DNA of 64,000 bases from assembly GCA_951406725.2 (NCBI GenBank), contig OX597818.1, forward strand, positions 83,638,001 through 83,702,000. The letters run 5' to 3'. Below, piece after piece: positions 42,385-55,699 of the stretch (position 1 is its first letter; every line of letters starts with the position of its first letter). Origin of the DNA: Octopus vulgaris. Its lineage: Eukaryota. Below the pieces are notes generated by a model. The model was given only the letters and a program-made list of their open reading frames with translations, did no database searches and had not been told where the DNA came from. The translations under genes were made by a program, and so were the position numbers.

Positions 42385-42773
42385 GTATCGAAGAAGGGAA
42401 AGAAAATGCAAACGAGGAAGGCTACCGACAATGCAGTAAGATTCACAAAACCTTTATATTTCAGGTGCAAAGGCCCATCCTCAGAAGAAAAACAGCAGGG
42501 AACCTGCTATCGCTGCTGCTAACCCGTCACATCATCCAACAGTTGGATGTTTGTTTACACCGACGCTTGGGGAAATGATTACAGAGACTGACTGTACTGC
42601 TAACATAACACAGATTAATTTTAATTGGTTAACAGAACCTGTATAACTAGACATTTTCCAGGCTGTTTTTCTTCTGCGGATGGGCCTTTGCGTCTAAAAT
42701 ATAAAGGTTTTGTGAACATTCTCGCATTGTCAAAAACATTCCTATTTTTCCTTTTTTCTCCTTTCTTCGATAC
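42385..42773. mobile_element. Inverted-repeat element (~115-bp arms) with a hammerhead in each arm
   Basis: Arms at about 42385-42500 and 42660-42773. Minus strand 42452-42487 reads CUU-CUGAGGA-..-GAAA-UA-UA-AAG. The plus copy at 42671-42706 has a mutated core (CUGCGGA/AAAA). Confidence 0.8.
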
Positions 42774-43648
42774 ATGTTTTTGCTTTAGATGCTAGCATAT
42801 CATACGAGCCCAAACTAGTTCAGAAGAATTTTGTTGGCAGTGACACCAATCGACAGGCCGTGTATTTCTCGATTATTATTCAAAATATCAACGGTGGATA
42901 TGGAAATATTCTTCATTGCTAATCAAAAATATACCAGTTCCATCAGTTCAATAGAGTTTTCACACCTCCGGGGATCATTGAGAGTTAGAAAAGTTTCAAT
43001 GAAAGTTTCAACATTAAGTTGAGCAGCATATACTGATCTTCAGATGCAACTCTATTTTCAGTCTGTTTCAACTTATAGATTCAACTTCGCTTGATCATAT
43101 ATGCCTTACTGTAACGATTTTCGTTCGACCAATGCATCAGATATTTAGGTGTTATAAACAAATTGCTATTAATAAATATTTCGTCTTTCATATGTAGAAT
43201 ATAAGATAACGTATATTATATAAAACATCTTATCGTGAAACATTCATAAATTTTTTGTTTGGTTTCATTAATTTTGTGAAGAATTTACTGCATTATCCCA
43301 ATAAAAATTTATGCTTAAACGTACACAATTTTAAAGAATACAACTTTTTTTATATTAATTGATTCTAAAGAGGAAATGGAAATAATTAATGTTTAATTAG
43401 CAGTACGCTGTCTTGTCATTAAACCAAATGACAATAGGTTCGTCTTTCAATCAATCTGTCTGTCTCCCCCCCTCTTATTCTCTCTCTCTCTCTTGCTATC
43501 TGTTTCGCTCTCTATATGTTTCTGTGCGTGTTGTATATGTGTAGGTTTCTACACGCGCGCAAAAACGCATTCATAGACACACAGGTGTATATATACATAC
43601 ATATATTTATACATACAGGCATAGATGTATGTAAATATATATACATAT

Positions 43649-43702
<54 letters not shown>

Positions 43703-44944
43703 ACATATATATACATATGTATATATACATATATTTTATATAGATATATATATACAAATGTACACATATATATATATGTATATACATACACATATAAATT
43801 CATATACATACATACACACATATATAATTTTATATACAAACATACATATTGTTTACAGTTCCATTATAGGTAGAATCAACAAAAAATACTCAATTCTGTG
43901 ATAAATGTCATTTAATATACTCAATTACAAAGGAGCTACATATAGTTTCACACTTCCAGAAACGTTAAATTATACCATGTACCTCCAAGCACCTAGCCAA
44001 TATACATACATTCATAACACACACACACATACACACACTCGCACACATGTATATATGTATATATATAGATGTACATACATATATATGTGTGTGTATGTAT
44101 ATATATATATACATACAAATGTACGTGCATACATGTTATACACACTCACACATACATACTTACATTGGAGAGTTATATTCAAGCACCGTATAATTGAAAT
44201 TTTCAATAAAATAATTAGAAAGAACCCCCTATCCTGAAATATTTCAAGCAGAGAATTTATTGTAAACAAATTATATGTCCTCCAGTTTATATTACCTTCA
44301 CTACGTTTTTATCTACATTCTTGTGAATCAAATAGCACTTTTAGAAACACCCGATACACCCACGAAATTCCATCACGAATTTCGGGTAACAGATAATCCA
44401 TCTGAATACAGCTTCACCAAAAGGAGTCCTCCCTCTCGTAGGGCCAAACTTAACTCAGAAGCCCTTTGGCAACTATTTCATGTGTCATTATGGCTACAGA
44501 AAATTTGGGAATCTCATCTGTCTAGTGTTGATTTTATTGTAGCTGTAATTCATTTTAATACTTTTCTGCCTCACGATTTCTGTTTTAGCACAAAACCCTC
44601 TATATGAATATATTTTCAATTTTAGTGTATCACATTGAATCACAACGTAATTGATATTTTGAAACAGCAACAAAAAGAATTTATATATTAGAAAGCCATC
44701 TGGTGCATTATTTTTCAGATACATAATAATGTGTAAACAAATTATTCTTTCACAAAGCATCATTTCGATGGAACCACCTAGTTGTATCGCTGAAATAACG
44801 TGTTTGTAGATGGATAATTTGTTTACAATAAATTCTACATTTATAAACCTTGTACCAGAAGCTTTTCTACTGTTATATTCAATTCGTACATCTATATACA
44901 TACACATCCATCTCTCTCTCTTTTTCCCCTCTCTCACTTATATA

Positions 44945-44980
<36 letters not shown>

Positions 44981-45070
44981 TGTATGTATGTATGTATGTA
45001 TATATATATGTACGTATGTATATATATATGTAAGTATGTATATATATATGTATGTATGTATATATGTATG

Positions 45071-45103
<33 letters not shown>

Positions 45104-45882
45104 ATATATATATATGTATGTATGTATATATATATGTATGTATATATATATATGTATGTATATATATATATGTATGTATGTATGAGTATATATATATGCA
45201 TGTATGTATTTATGTATGCATGTATGTATGTATGTAAGTAAGTATGTATGCATGAATATATGTACATGTATGTATATAAAATTCTATAAACATACACACA
45301 TAAATATATGTATCCATATATACAGACAAAACCACACACACACAATTGAAATTAATGTTTTGTTATGAAATTTTAAATTTAGCATTCAAACCTTATTTTG
45401 GGTACGGACCGAGTAATGTGCCGGTAGAGCACGTTCACCACTTACGGCTACCAGTTATCATCTGCGGTAAATAGAGTTTGGTTGTTGGATCTGCATTAGG
45501 AGAAATACAGTGATGGAGCAGAATCGGTATGGTGTGTATTCAGAGCTCGACAAGCAGGAAGTGGTTGATAAAAAATACAAGGGATTGCAAAGAACAAAGA
45601 GGGAGGTTTTAATGACTTTGGAACGAAATCTACGCTAAAGTTTACGGAGGTCTTTGATGGTTGATTGTGTCTGTCAAGCGTGACGTCCTGGTTATGAATT
45701 TGCTGGAGTTGTCGTTCACCACTTCAGATTTGGTCGCTTCTTAATAACCCCATAACACGTATCAGTATACCAACATATAGCGATGCACTCCTACGCCTCT
45801 TTAAATATATACATGTATATACGCGCATTCATTCTCATTTATGCTCACTCGTGTCAATCGACTTATCCATCACGTTTATACA

Positions 45883-45969
<87 letters not shown>

Positions 45970-45972
<3 letters not shown>

Positions 45973-46945
45973 CAGAAAATGGAGAAAAACTCAGATCAAC
46001 AAACAAAGGAACTGAACCACATCTAAAGCTTGTTATTAAATACAAAACATGACATAACGTTTATGTGACATATTAATTCTTTCGGCCGTTTCCGATTCCG
46101 ATGCGAATTCAGTACCTACAAAGAATTTCGAAAATTATATTCTTCATCTTCTTAGGACATCAGAACTAGAACACGAAGCTTCATCAGAGTTAATAGAAAA
46201 GCGTTCAAAATAAACAAAAGGAAGAGGGAATAGGAAAAAAAAACACGGCCTAGAGGAGAAGTCTGGCATCCCAATATATCAAAACCATCCAATCTTCCAT
46301 CTTAGGACTTCGGAGTCAGTATTACTATTGCTATAGAAAATGATAACTACTTAGACGCTAATTGTAATTTAAATACGGGTTTACACCAACCTTATTTGAA
46401 ACCTAACTCTAACTTAAAGTATATAAACTATCACAGTAACTATCCACAATCAGCAAAATGAGCTTAATAAGCGGCATTAGCAAAATGATTTCCTACAGCT
46501 CCTCTAACGAGGACATATTTAATAGTCATAAGGATATGTAAGATAAGGCACTAATAGATAGGGGCTATAGAGGTAGAATCAAATATATCCCACACGAGCA
46601 TGCAATGAATAGATGTAGCAAGAAATATATTAACCACAACATTATAGCACATGGCCATACACCTAAGCAATGCAATAAAGTACAGGGAACTACAGTTAAT
46701 TTCACTAATAGGATAGGATTTAGCAACGATATGTGTAACTACAAAAACAACAGTAGAACAACGGGTAGGAGAAAGAAGGTAAATGACGAAGGATAAATAA
46801 AGATAATAAGCGCACTAACCATGAAGCGGCTACTGATAAATCGGGAGATATACTCCCTTTTGCAATGCAAATAAAGACTGACCTAGCTAAGCAAATTTTT
46901 AACGTTATAAAAAGCGCTTTGATAAAAATGAGAGGTATTCAAAAC
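45970..46945 (+). mobile_element. Penelope-like element remnant (RT C-terminal/thumb region) preceded by an inverted hammerhead-bearing segment
   Basis: From about 46307: DFGVSITIAIENDNYLDANCNLNTGLHQPYLKPNSNLKYINYHSNYP...ISKMISYSSSNEDIFN...ALIDRGY, typical of PLE RT. Minus-strand CUGAUGA (46181-46187)...GAAACGGCCG (46083-46092). Confidence 0.8.
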
Positions 46946-47110
46946 CCACGTCGTCGTAACCGACGGAGTGCCATTTAGTTAAGCAACAAATATCTAAAAA
47001 CAGTGAGTAGACATGAGCTCAACAAAAGAACAGATGATTTTACGTGTATATGAATTGAAGAATAATAGATCACGTGCACGTGTGGTTGTATGTTAAGTAG
47101 CTTGCTTACC

Positions 47111-48581
47111 TGGCTTCCGGTTACCCAGAGTGCATTTGGTTTGTCATTTGTGTGCGAATCGGACGTCATTTTTTTTTGTTTTTTGGCTGCTTTGAGGGTA
47201 GATATGTGACCGTAGCGGAACTGAGCTGTTTTCTTCAGAGGAGGAGCTGGTGAGAGCAGTATAAGGCATGGATGAATGTTTGGAGAAAATGAAGAGTTTC
47301 GCCTAGGCTGCGGCGGTGAAGAGAAGAGAAGTAGACCTGTCAAGAACTAAGGAGCACGGGAAAATGGTGCAGAAAGTGGGCGGCAATGTGACGTTATCAC
47401 CCCCACAAAGAATCATGGATGGTATAAAAAGAGAAACAGTCATATACAAAGTTACTCCATAAAGAGTAAGATGGCTGGCCAAATAGAAATAGAGAAAATA
47501 GAAAAGGCAGTAACGGAGGAATCCAACAGAGTAATATTCATGACAAGAGGATGCCAATATGGGACAATGATGTTCCAGTTTAGAACAGAAGAAGATGCAA
47601 GGAACCTGGCGGGTGAAACAGTAAAGACGGAGGAAGTGGTTCTTCTACCCACATATCTTGGAAGAAGGACTTCAAGATAAGGGTAGAAGGTAACCCGCCT
47701 GATATAAATGTAGCTTGGGTTGCAACAGCTGTCCTCATTAAAAGTGAGAAGGAAATGGCTCTCCTCCAGGCCACGGAAGCGGAAGAAGGAATATTTAAAG
47801 GGAAGTCGTTTAAACTTATCATTCAGACCGAGGAAACACAATTGGAAAATTTGGCAGAGACAGTATCGTTGGGCGAGATAGTTCTAAGTGTGTGGGTCGA
47901 GGGAAGAATCCCACGCTGCTTTAAATGTGGCCAAAAGGGCCACATTAGAGCGCACTGCCCTCTACAGAAGAAAACGACAGAAGAAGCGGTGGTGGAGACG
48001 GAAGAGAAAAAGGATGAAGTACAGATAGATGGAAGGAACAAGGAGGATGAATGGACAGTGACAGAGAATAAAAGGAAAAAGAGAAAGAAGAGGAAGAATA
48101 GTTAGTGTGATGTGGGACCCCAGACCAACTCCATCCCACCCAAGACCACTCAGATCTACCCTACGCATACAGACAAAAAACCCACGTACCCCCTCTCCCC
48201 ACAGGAGAAAAGAAGACAGAAAAGACACCACAAAATTTAAAAGATCTCTCCCCCAGTGAAAAAGGTTACGTGTACATTGAGGAGAGAATGTGGTCACTCA
48301 GCGATGGGAAAACGGTAATGGAAAGACTAGATTAAAGACTAAAGAGGACTCAGGACTCAGAGGTGGCGAGTGGTGTGAGTAATACACTTTTCATATTCTC
48401 ATTTCTCAGTTATCATTCATGTATCATTATTTTAATATTTTGATTTTAATGTTTTACATGTTCATTTTCATGTGTCATTCATAGCATCATATTTTATTTT
48501 AATTGTTATATGCCCCCACATGTGTTGTAGTGTCCTCCTCTATGTAATGCCTGTATGGAAATTTAAAAGAAATAAAGTAAA
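47111..48581 (+). mobile_element. ORF1-only Tx1/L1-like retroelement with TSD, inserted in a SINE A head
   Basis: TTGCTTACC duplicated at 47102-47110 and 48582-48590; AATAAA at 48571; the SINE A head continues after the insertion. Confidence 0.8.
47364..48105 (+). pseudogene. Gag-like ORF1 with a CCHC zinc knuckle (frameshifted)
   Basis: ORFs 47471-47680 and 47755-48105 join by a frameshift; VWVEGRIPRCFKCGQKGHIRAHCP and a basic tail EWTVTENKRKKRKKRK. Confidence 0.85.
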
Positions 48582-48694
48582 TTGCTTACCAATCACATGG
48601 CTCCGGGTTCAGTCCGGCTGCGTGTCTATAGCCTCGGGCCGACCAAAGCCTTGTAGGTGGATGTGGTGGACGGGAATTGAAAGAAGCCCGACAT

Positions 48695-49011
48695 ACTTAA
48701 TTTATCAAATCCGAAAGGATGAAAGGCAAAGTCGACCTCGGCGGAATATGAACTCAGAATGTAACGGCAGACGAAATACCTATTTCTTTACTACCCACAA
48801 GGGGCTAAACACAGAGAGGACAAACAAAGACAGACAAATGGATTAAGTCGATGACATTGACCCAAGCGCGTAACAAGTACTTAATTTATCGACCTCGAAA
48901 GGATGAAAGGCAAAGTCAACCTCGGCGGAATTTGAACTCAGAACGTAACGGCAGACGACATATGGCTACGCATTTCGCCCGGCGTGCTAACGTTTCTGAC
49001 AGCTCGCCGCC
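48695..49011 (-). mobile_element. SINE family B dimer
   Basis: Full copy 48781-49011 joined to a headless second body at 48695-48780. Confidence 0.88.
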
Positions 49012-49487
49012 ATAATTTGGTGAAAATTCGCGAAGTAGAAACGGTATTGTACTGTATATATTTTTTTTATTTTTATAATTTGTTTATATTTATTTTATAA
49101 GTGCGAAACAACACTACAGAGGAATCGATGTACGCCTAAATAATAAACCGCGATATGGCAAGAGATTATTGCACATAGTAGATAATGAGAAGCACATGGG
49201 TTTTGGTAGAACAACTTCATTGCAGATAAGCGATATATTTTATTAATGACAGGGCACAGAAACATTCAGTGCTAAGGATTTATATCTATGTGACTAAAAG
49301 AAACGAAGAAAAGGGAACAATAGACCCAAATATACGAAATAAAAATTAACCCAATACATTTTCTTGTGCGCATATTTATATACACACGCTAAATATTTTT
49401 ATGTCTGTTTTTGTGTGTATGAGAGTCAGTATATGTATGCATATATATGTGTATATATATATATACGCATACACATACTCTCTCTGA

Positions 49488-49566
<79 letters not shown>

Positions 49567-50109
49567 GTACACATGAGCACATATACAATCCCAAAGACAA
49601 AGATGTACAGAATACACACACACACACACATATATATATGTGTGTGTGTGTATATGTGTTTATTGATAGATAGATAGATAGATAGATATACAAACACATA
49701 CACGCACACTGGATCACACACGCACACACACAATATACACAATGATACGTATGTGTATATTATAAAATTTGTAATATCCACTTCAAAACGAAAGTATCTG
49801 ATAAATAAGGCTCCATTAGAGAAGATTTTTTCATTTTATTTCTTCATCTATTAATATCTACATATTAAATTCACTAATGTAAATGATTTACAAAATGAAT
49901 TTTTTGTAGATCTTGACATAAGTGTCTCACTATATTGAGTTGTTTTCTATTCATTTTTCATTCTCGCCTTATATAAACTTATAAATTACTGTCTATTTTT
50001 CTAGTTAGTTAGCTAGCCAGCTGTATCTCTGGATATCTATCTTTCAAGCTCTCACTTATCATTGCAGATGGTTCACTCACGGTATAAGCAAGCCAGCAAT
50101 CTAGTAGAA

Positions 50110-50845
50110 TATTTTACCACTAGAGATGTTCAAAGAGAGGCAATAACAATTGATTATATCGACACCAAGGAAGAAGATGGAATACAGGCCATAGATGAGG
50201 TAGACGCAAAATCAGCTGCTGGCCCTGAGGAATTCCCAGCAATCCTTCTGGTATCATGCTAACTAGCCCTTTGAAAACAACTGCAGCTTCTTTTTCAGAG
50301 CTTCCTTGTAACTGATAAGATGCCAGGTAAATTGAAGGAAGGAATAATATGCCCTATCTGTAAAGAATGAGGCATAGTAGATGCAGATGTTTTTAAAATA
50401 AAGCTGGACCTCTTCCTGTCAGGTGTCCCAGATGAACCAACTTCACGGCAGGAGGTGCAGATGAGGGCAGCTGCATCAAACTCTCTCATGCACCAAATGT
50501 CAATTGCTAAAACGCATTCGTGAAGTAAAATCATGTAGCAGCACCGAATGGCGGTGCCCCAGCATGGCCCCAGCTCGTGAGCTGAAACTAGATAAAATGA
50601 AAATGAAAAAATGAAAATGCTAAACATTATAAGCCTATCTCTCTAATATGGCACATCAGCAAATTCATGGATCGAAGAATCTGCAGGAAATTAATTGCGT
50701 TCCTTGAAGAGAACGACTTGCTGACTGACATCTTTCACGGTTTTTGATCAGGCAGAAGCTGCCTGACAAGGCTCTTACAAACTAAGGGTGGGCGTTAAAG
50801 CAGCTGCTCAACAACTCATCTGTGGTCGTAATATATCTAGACTTA
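50110..50845 (+). pseudogene. CR1-like LINE RT fragment with a nested LINE 3' end (~50384-50616)
   Basis: KSAAGPEEFPAILL...EGIICPI, then KHYKPISL..ISKFMD..FHGF*SGRSCLTRLL..VIYLD. The nested piece reads FKIKLDLFLSGVPDEP..RAAASNSL and carries a 3' tail. Confidence 0.85.
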
Positions 50846-50854
50846 GTTCCACTA

Positions 50855-52061
50855 ACATTTCTGAACCAAGCAAGAAAAGTAAACGATATTAAACCTCATT
50901 TGAGATTCCTCAACCAAAGAAGGAAGGAAGATGGTGTTTGTGTGGCTCAAAAATAACGGGAAAACTCGTGCGACATGTAAGAATTGTAATAGCCATGTTT
51001 GCCAAGAATATTCCAATGTTGTCTCTGTATTTTTGTAATTTTTTAAGAATTTATAATATACTAGCAGCATAGCCCGGCGTTGACCGGGTATGTAAGAGCC
51101 CCTAGTAGGCAACGACTAATCCCAATCTAGTCCTTTCCCACTAGGGAACGAAGGCGCATATGTAGGTTGCAATGTCTTCTCTTCACTCCCAAATAACTAT
51201 CAAACAGCTATCGATAATTCAACCCAACCAATTCCTACCAGGAAGAAATTACATTCGAGACTTTACCCCCAACACCCCCAACACTTCTGCTAATAGCTGC
51301 TGCAGCCGCAAGTTATTCGAATACTTTTTTTGTTTACACTTTCTTTATAACTACCAACCCAAACGTTTTACCTTAAATTTTTGACGTACCCTAAGGGTCC
51401 TCGGACGCTACTTGCAAACTCTTGGTTTATTATAAACCGCTTATGTCGTGTGCATCAAAAAACCTTTTCCATTCGTTTGTTCAGTTTGGTCACTTTTGAC
51501 TTTTTCGTTGTTGTCACTTACATTGCTGCCCGCTTTTTTGCCGTTTTTGTACATTTTTACACATTTTGGGATACTTACCCCACGTGTTCTGAGAGTTAAA
51601 AAGGTCGAGTTGCGTCCCCTAGACAGTCTGTAGAAAATGTGTTGCATATAAAAAGCTTAGATTCTCGACCCATGTCGAATTTATCGATTTTTTTTCAGAA
51701 CTGGGGGAACTTTTCAAAATTTTCGCTGCGTTAGTTTTGAATTATGACATTGGGCCTATGTGTGTGTCAAGTTTCATCAGAATCGGTTGAAAGCCGTGTT
51801 CAGGGTGAGGGTACAACCTGACAAACACACAGACACACAGACAGACAAACTGCCGTTTATATATAGAGAGATTCTTTAAGCTGTATTTTTTAAATTAAAA
51901 TTTGTGAGAAACAGCAATTCTTCATTCACCTGATAGCATATATATTGTAGCTAAGAAATAATAGTAGTTTTAATAAAATTTAATTAAAAGAAAAATATTG
52001 GGACCATCGGACCCTATTTCTAATTAGTGACATACATTTTCTCTGGTAGACCAAGGGTTAA
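50855..52061 (+). mobile_element. piggyBac-like 3' end remnant
   Basis: Cys-rich C-terminus GRWCLC..GKTRATCKNCNSHVCQE at 50925-51010; terminus ...GGTAGACCAAGGG followed by TTAA (52058-52061). Confidence 0.7.
51061..51871 (-). mobile_element. Complete non-autonomous Helitron (811 bp)
   Basis: Minus strand starts TC (51871) and ends CTAG (51061). Subterminal hairpin CCCGG..CCGGG at 51073-51088. Inserted between A and T with no TSD. (CTGT)-type microsatellite near the 5' end. Confidence 0.9.
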
Positions 52062-52729
52062 AGTTCCGGTTGAACCTACCTCACGACAAGAAACGCAGAT
52101 GCGGAAAGCAACATCAACCTCCTTCATTCACCAAATGCAACATATCAGAGTAGGTTTCCAGTAGTGGAAGTGTAGGGAAGGTGACGTTAGTACCGCTATA
52201 TATATTACATGCATTGCTAGTGGAATTCTGAAAACTGTGAGAGAAATAGATAATTTTTTCTAATGTTTTGTTCTAAAATAAAAAAAGAATACGAAACAAT
52301 TACGTACTAAATATTTTGAAGATGCAATTATTATTACATTATTTAATACTTTAGAATACCGGAATGATGAAATATTATTTCGTAACATCGCCTTGTATTA
52401 TGTGACAGCTCTCATACTGCAATTTACATCAATATTATATAAGTCTATGGAATTGCTATCTAAAAGTATGGTTACAATTATTACATTACTAGACAATATA
52501 CTCTTATACAAGAAGTTATCAGGACATCTAAATTTATACGTCGGTGCCGTCTGGACCGATTTGTATTGATTTCATTCGACTGGTAGATACCAATCATTTG
52601 ACAGATCAAGCAGACCTCATGCCACAGCGCTTCAAAGTAAATGTTTGATTCATCACCTTTGAGTTGCATACTCATTTATATCTATCAATGCTATACAAGT
52701 GCAATTGCCATTAGTAAATGTCTGAAGCC

Positions 52730-53032
52730 CTGTGGTTTGGTGGTTATTTTGTTTCTTACACGATCACAAGATGGTGGGTTCGAATCCGGCTCTGTGTGGT
52801 ACGTCGTCTTCTCAAGCAAAACACTTAATTTCTCCTTCCTTCGTTCTGCTCAGTTGGGGATAAAATTACCCTGTGACCAGCTGGCATCCCCTATAAGTGG
52901 TATTTCGTGATCGTGGTTATTTATATGCCATAAGATTGCACACCTTGCCAGCAGAGCAATATCATTTGAAATCTGCAAAAACGCGAGGAAGCGCTTTATA
53001 ACCATTGGTGTGTAACAACATCCGATAGCCTA
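52730..53032 (+). mobile_element. Degenerate tRNA-headed SINE sharing the tail of family C variant 2
   Basis: B-box GGTTCGAATCC; tail GAAGCGCTTTATAACCATTGGTGTGTAACAACATCCGATAGCC. Confidence 0.6.
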
Positions 53033-53199
53033 ATGTAATTAAGTTCTCAGACAATGAGAAAGACTTCATTTAAGTTCCATGATGTCCATCGGACATTTTG
53101 TTTACCACAGGTTCGGTTTATTCATGGTAGGATTTATGTGGGTAGCGGATAACTACCTGTAACCTTAGATATCCACAAATTTTCAGTAGTATTTCATGT

Positions 53200-55111
53200 G
53201 CTGTCGGCTTCGATCCCGTCTTCACAAGCTTGATCACCACGATATATAGTGGAATCTGCTCAGTGGTATAATTGAATGGTGACCTCTCGGAAACTTGCAG
53301 TTTTGAAGGCTCGGTATGCCAAGGGTGCTCCCTCTCCTCGCTTTTATATATTTTAGCTTTAGAACCCTTGCTGCGAAGGATGGAGAATTAGAGAGTCATC
53401 CCGCTTGAACTAGGTCACAGAAGAGCTGTGTCTGTATACGCGGACGACATCACTGTCATGGTTTCAGATTCTCCGAACATAGAAAGATCGACACTATACT
53501 GAAAGAATATCAAGAATGCACAGGAGCAACCATAAACTAGGACAAGTCAGTAGATCTATAACTAGGCTTTTGGAAAGTTGGAAAGGCAAGTCGACTAGCA
53601 TCGATTTCTGTCGCCGGATGGAGGGTCCGGTGCAAGTGGTCAGAGTCTGGTTCGGACCAAATCTCCGGATAGATAGAAACCGGGAAGAGGTCATAACTGG
53701 GGTGGCCAAGCTCACCCAGATGTGGGCAGAAAGGAAGCTGTCTATGAAAGGCCGAGCGGCAGTACCGAATATATATATCGCATCGGTAGTGTACTACCGC
53801 CTAACTGTCGTAACTTGTCCTACGAAAACTCTGACCAGATTGGAACGCTTACTTTTCCGATTCTTAAAGAAGTGTCAGGTTCCGCTGGTCAGAAAATCCA
53901 TCTCCTCTCAACATCCACACCATGATGGTCTTGCGATGGCATCCTTAATGATGCGGCGTCACGCTTTGAAGCTGTTGCGCCTGCAGAAATATCTAAATCC
54001 CTGCCATGATATGGACGACGACAACGAAAATAAGGGTGAACGAGTGTGGGCAACTTTTGTGTGACACGTCTTTCCGCAGCTCATTCCATTGACAGGGTTG
54101 TATTCATGCGTCAAACGTAGATCAAGGTTGGGCGCTTGATATCTAGAATGTTGCCAGGCGCTCACTTCTTTGTACCAGCGACTCAAAACTGTTAGCGGGA
54201 AAACAACCCAAGATCTCTGTGGAAGGCGAATTGCGGGTATGAGTAATAATGGTCTAGGATTGAATCTAGACATCGACGAAAACAATCTGAGTAGTACTTC
54301 TAGAGGACCTTCGGGTCGAAGATCTTGGACAATTTCCAAAAGTCATTCGCTCGGCAGAGCCCGTTCGAGGCAAGCTTTTCAGGCATGGAAATGCCAACAA
54401 CCGAACCTCCCCTAGATGTTTAGAGGGGGACAAAACGGCCCTGCATGCAATAATTCAGTGTCAGCGAATAAGAGCGTTTTGGGATTGTGTGGAGCAGCTG
54501 TGGTCAAGTGCAACAAGATTTCAGATGTCTGTCCAGTGTATAATGAAGATTGATGCACCACATTCCCTTAGCAGAGAAGAAAGGTAGATCTTTCTCTGCT
54601 TAGTGATTGTGGCAAAATTGGCTGTATGGTGGATTCGTCTGAAATGTTTGTAGACAGGCAAATCCTATCTGGTCAAACCCTCATCACTTTCTTCAAATAT
54701 CATTTGAAGAGGAAGGTGCTGCCTTCTAGAGTGTTCATGAAAATCTGGTCGACAGGGGCAAGTCTGGTCAGACTGAATGGATATTCTCTAAATATGCTTT
54801 TCTAATCAGGAGGAAAGAAACTGGAAGAGGGCACTTTCCCATGCCTTGGAAATGGCAGAGTAATCCGAGAATTTTGTGTAGGGTTTGCTCCAGATTGCCC
54901 TAAGTGGACTGACCCGATATTGGGGATTCTATATATTTGTCTATTTATTATTCATTTCTCTACCTTCTATTATATATCCTCTGTTATAGCCTTTAATCTG
55001 GTAGTATCTCGCCTTGATTGATGTTAACCCCGCATTTTTGTAATTTATTTGTGCCGTTACACGTCCTTCGATATTGTCCTCCATGTCTTGGGACCATGAG
55101 GCCAATAAAAA
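53200..55111 (+). pseudogene. 5'-truncated Tx1/L1-clade LINE ORF2 (RT to C-terminal zinc finger) with 3' UTR
   Basis: GSVCQGCSLSSLLYILALEPLL, YADD at 53437-53448, WAERKLSMKGRA..NIYIASVVYYRL, zinc-finger remnant PRC..KTALHAIIQC, AATAAA at 55104, then (ATC)n/(ATT)n. Confidence 0.92.
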
Positions 55112-55141
55112 CATCATCATCATCATTACTATTATTATTAT

Positions 55142-55699
55142 TGAGTGAGAGAGCAGTTCATGCCATCAAAGTGACACTGGGGTAAAATATACGAAGCCCA
55201 ATATACCCATCATGACTACCCGTCTGATAAGGGTACACCAGGCACATGCATCACAACCATATGTGCGCGACATGGTGATCTCATATCAAGATAAACAGCA
55301 CATGACCTTGCAGGTGGGGCCCAGTTAGAATTTTCTTCAGGTTGAGTAGCCCATCCCGCTCAAACGGTCCCTGAATAAGGGTTGTTTAAGGATGTTGAAA
55401 GAACCACCCATGTTTCCAGAGGTGAATTATTCAACCCCCAAAGAATCCCTCTCAACACATGGCTATGATGCTCCCCCACTACTTCTGCTCGTGATCAGAG
55501 ATGCGCATATCGTCAGCCACTAAGGGACATGCTCAACTGGTTAAGGTCAAACAACTGACAAGCAAATCTGTGGTATTGAGCAGAATATTTGCTGTAGCCC
55601 ATCTTTTATACCAAGACAAAACAATGTACATGATAACACTTCCAATCATTTAAGATCAGAAGCCATGAGAGCCTTTGCCTGGTACTGCATCAGGGCATC

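Noticed and set aside
42324-42390. CTGAAGA...GAAA spacing suggestive of another hammerhead
   Set aside because: No stem I, II or III pairing could be formed.
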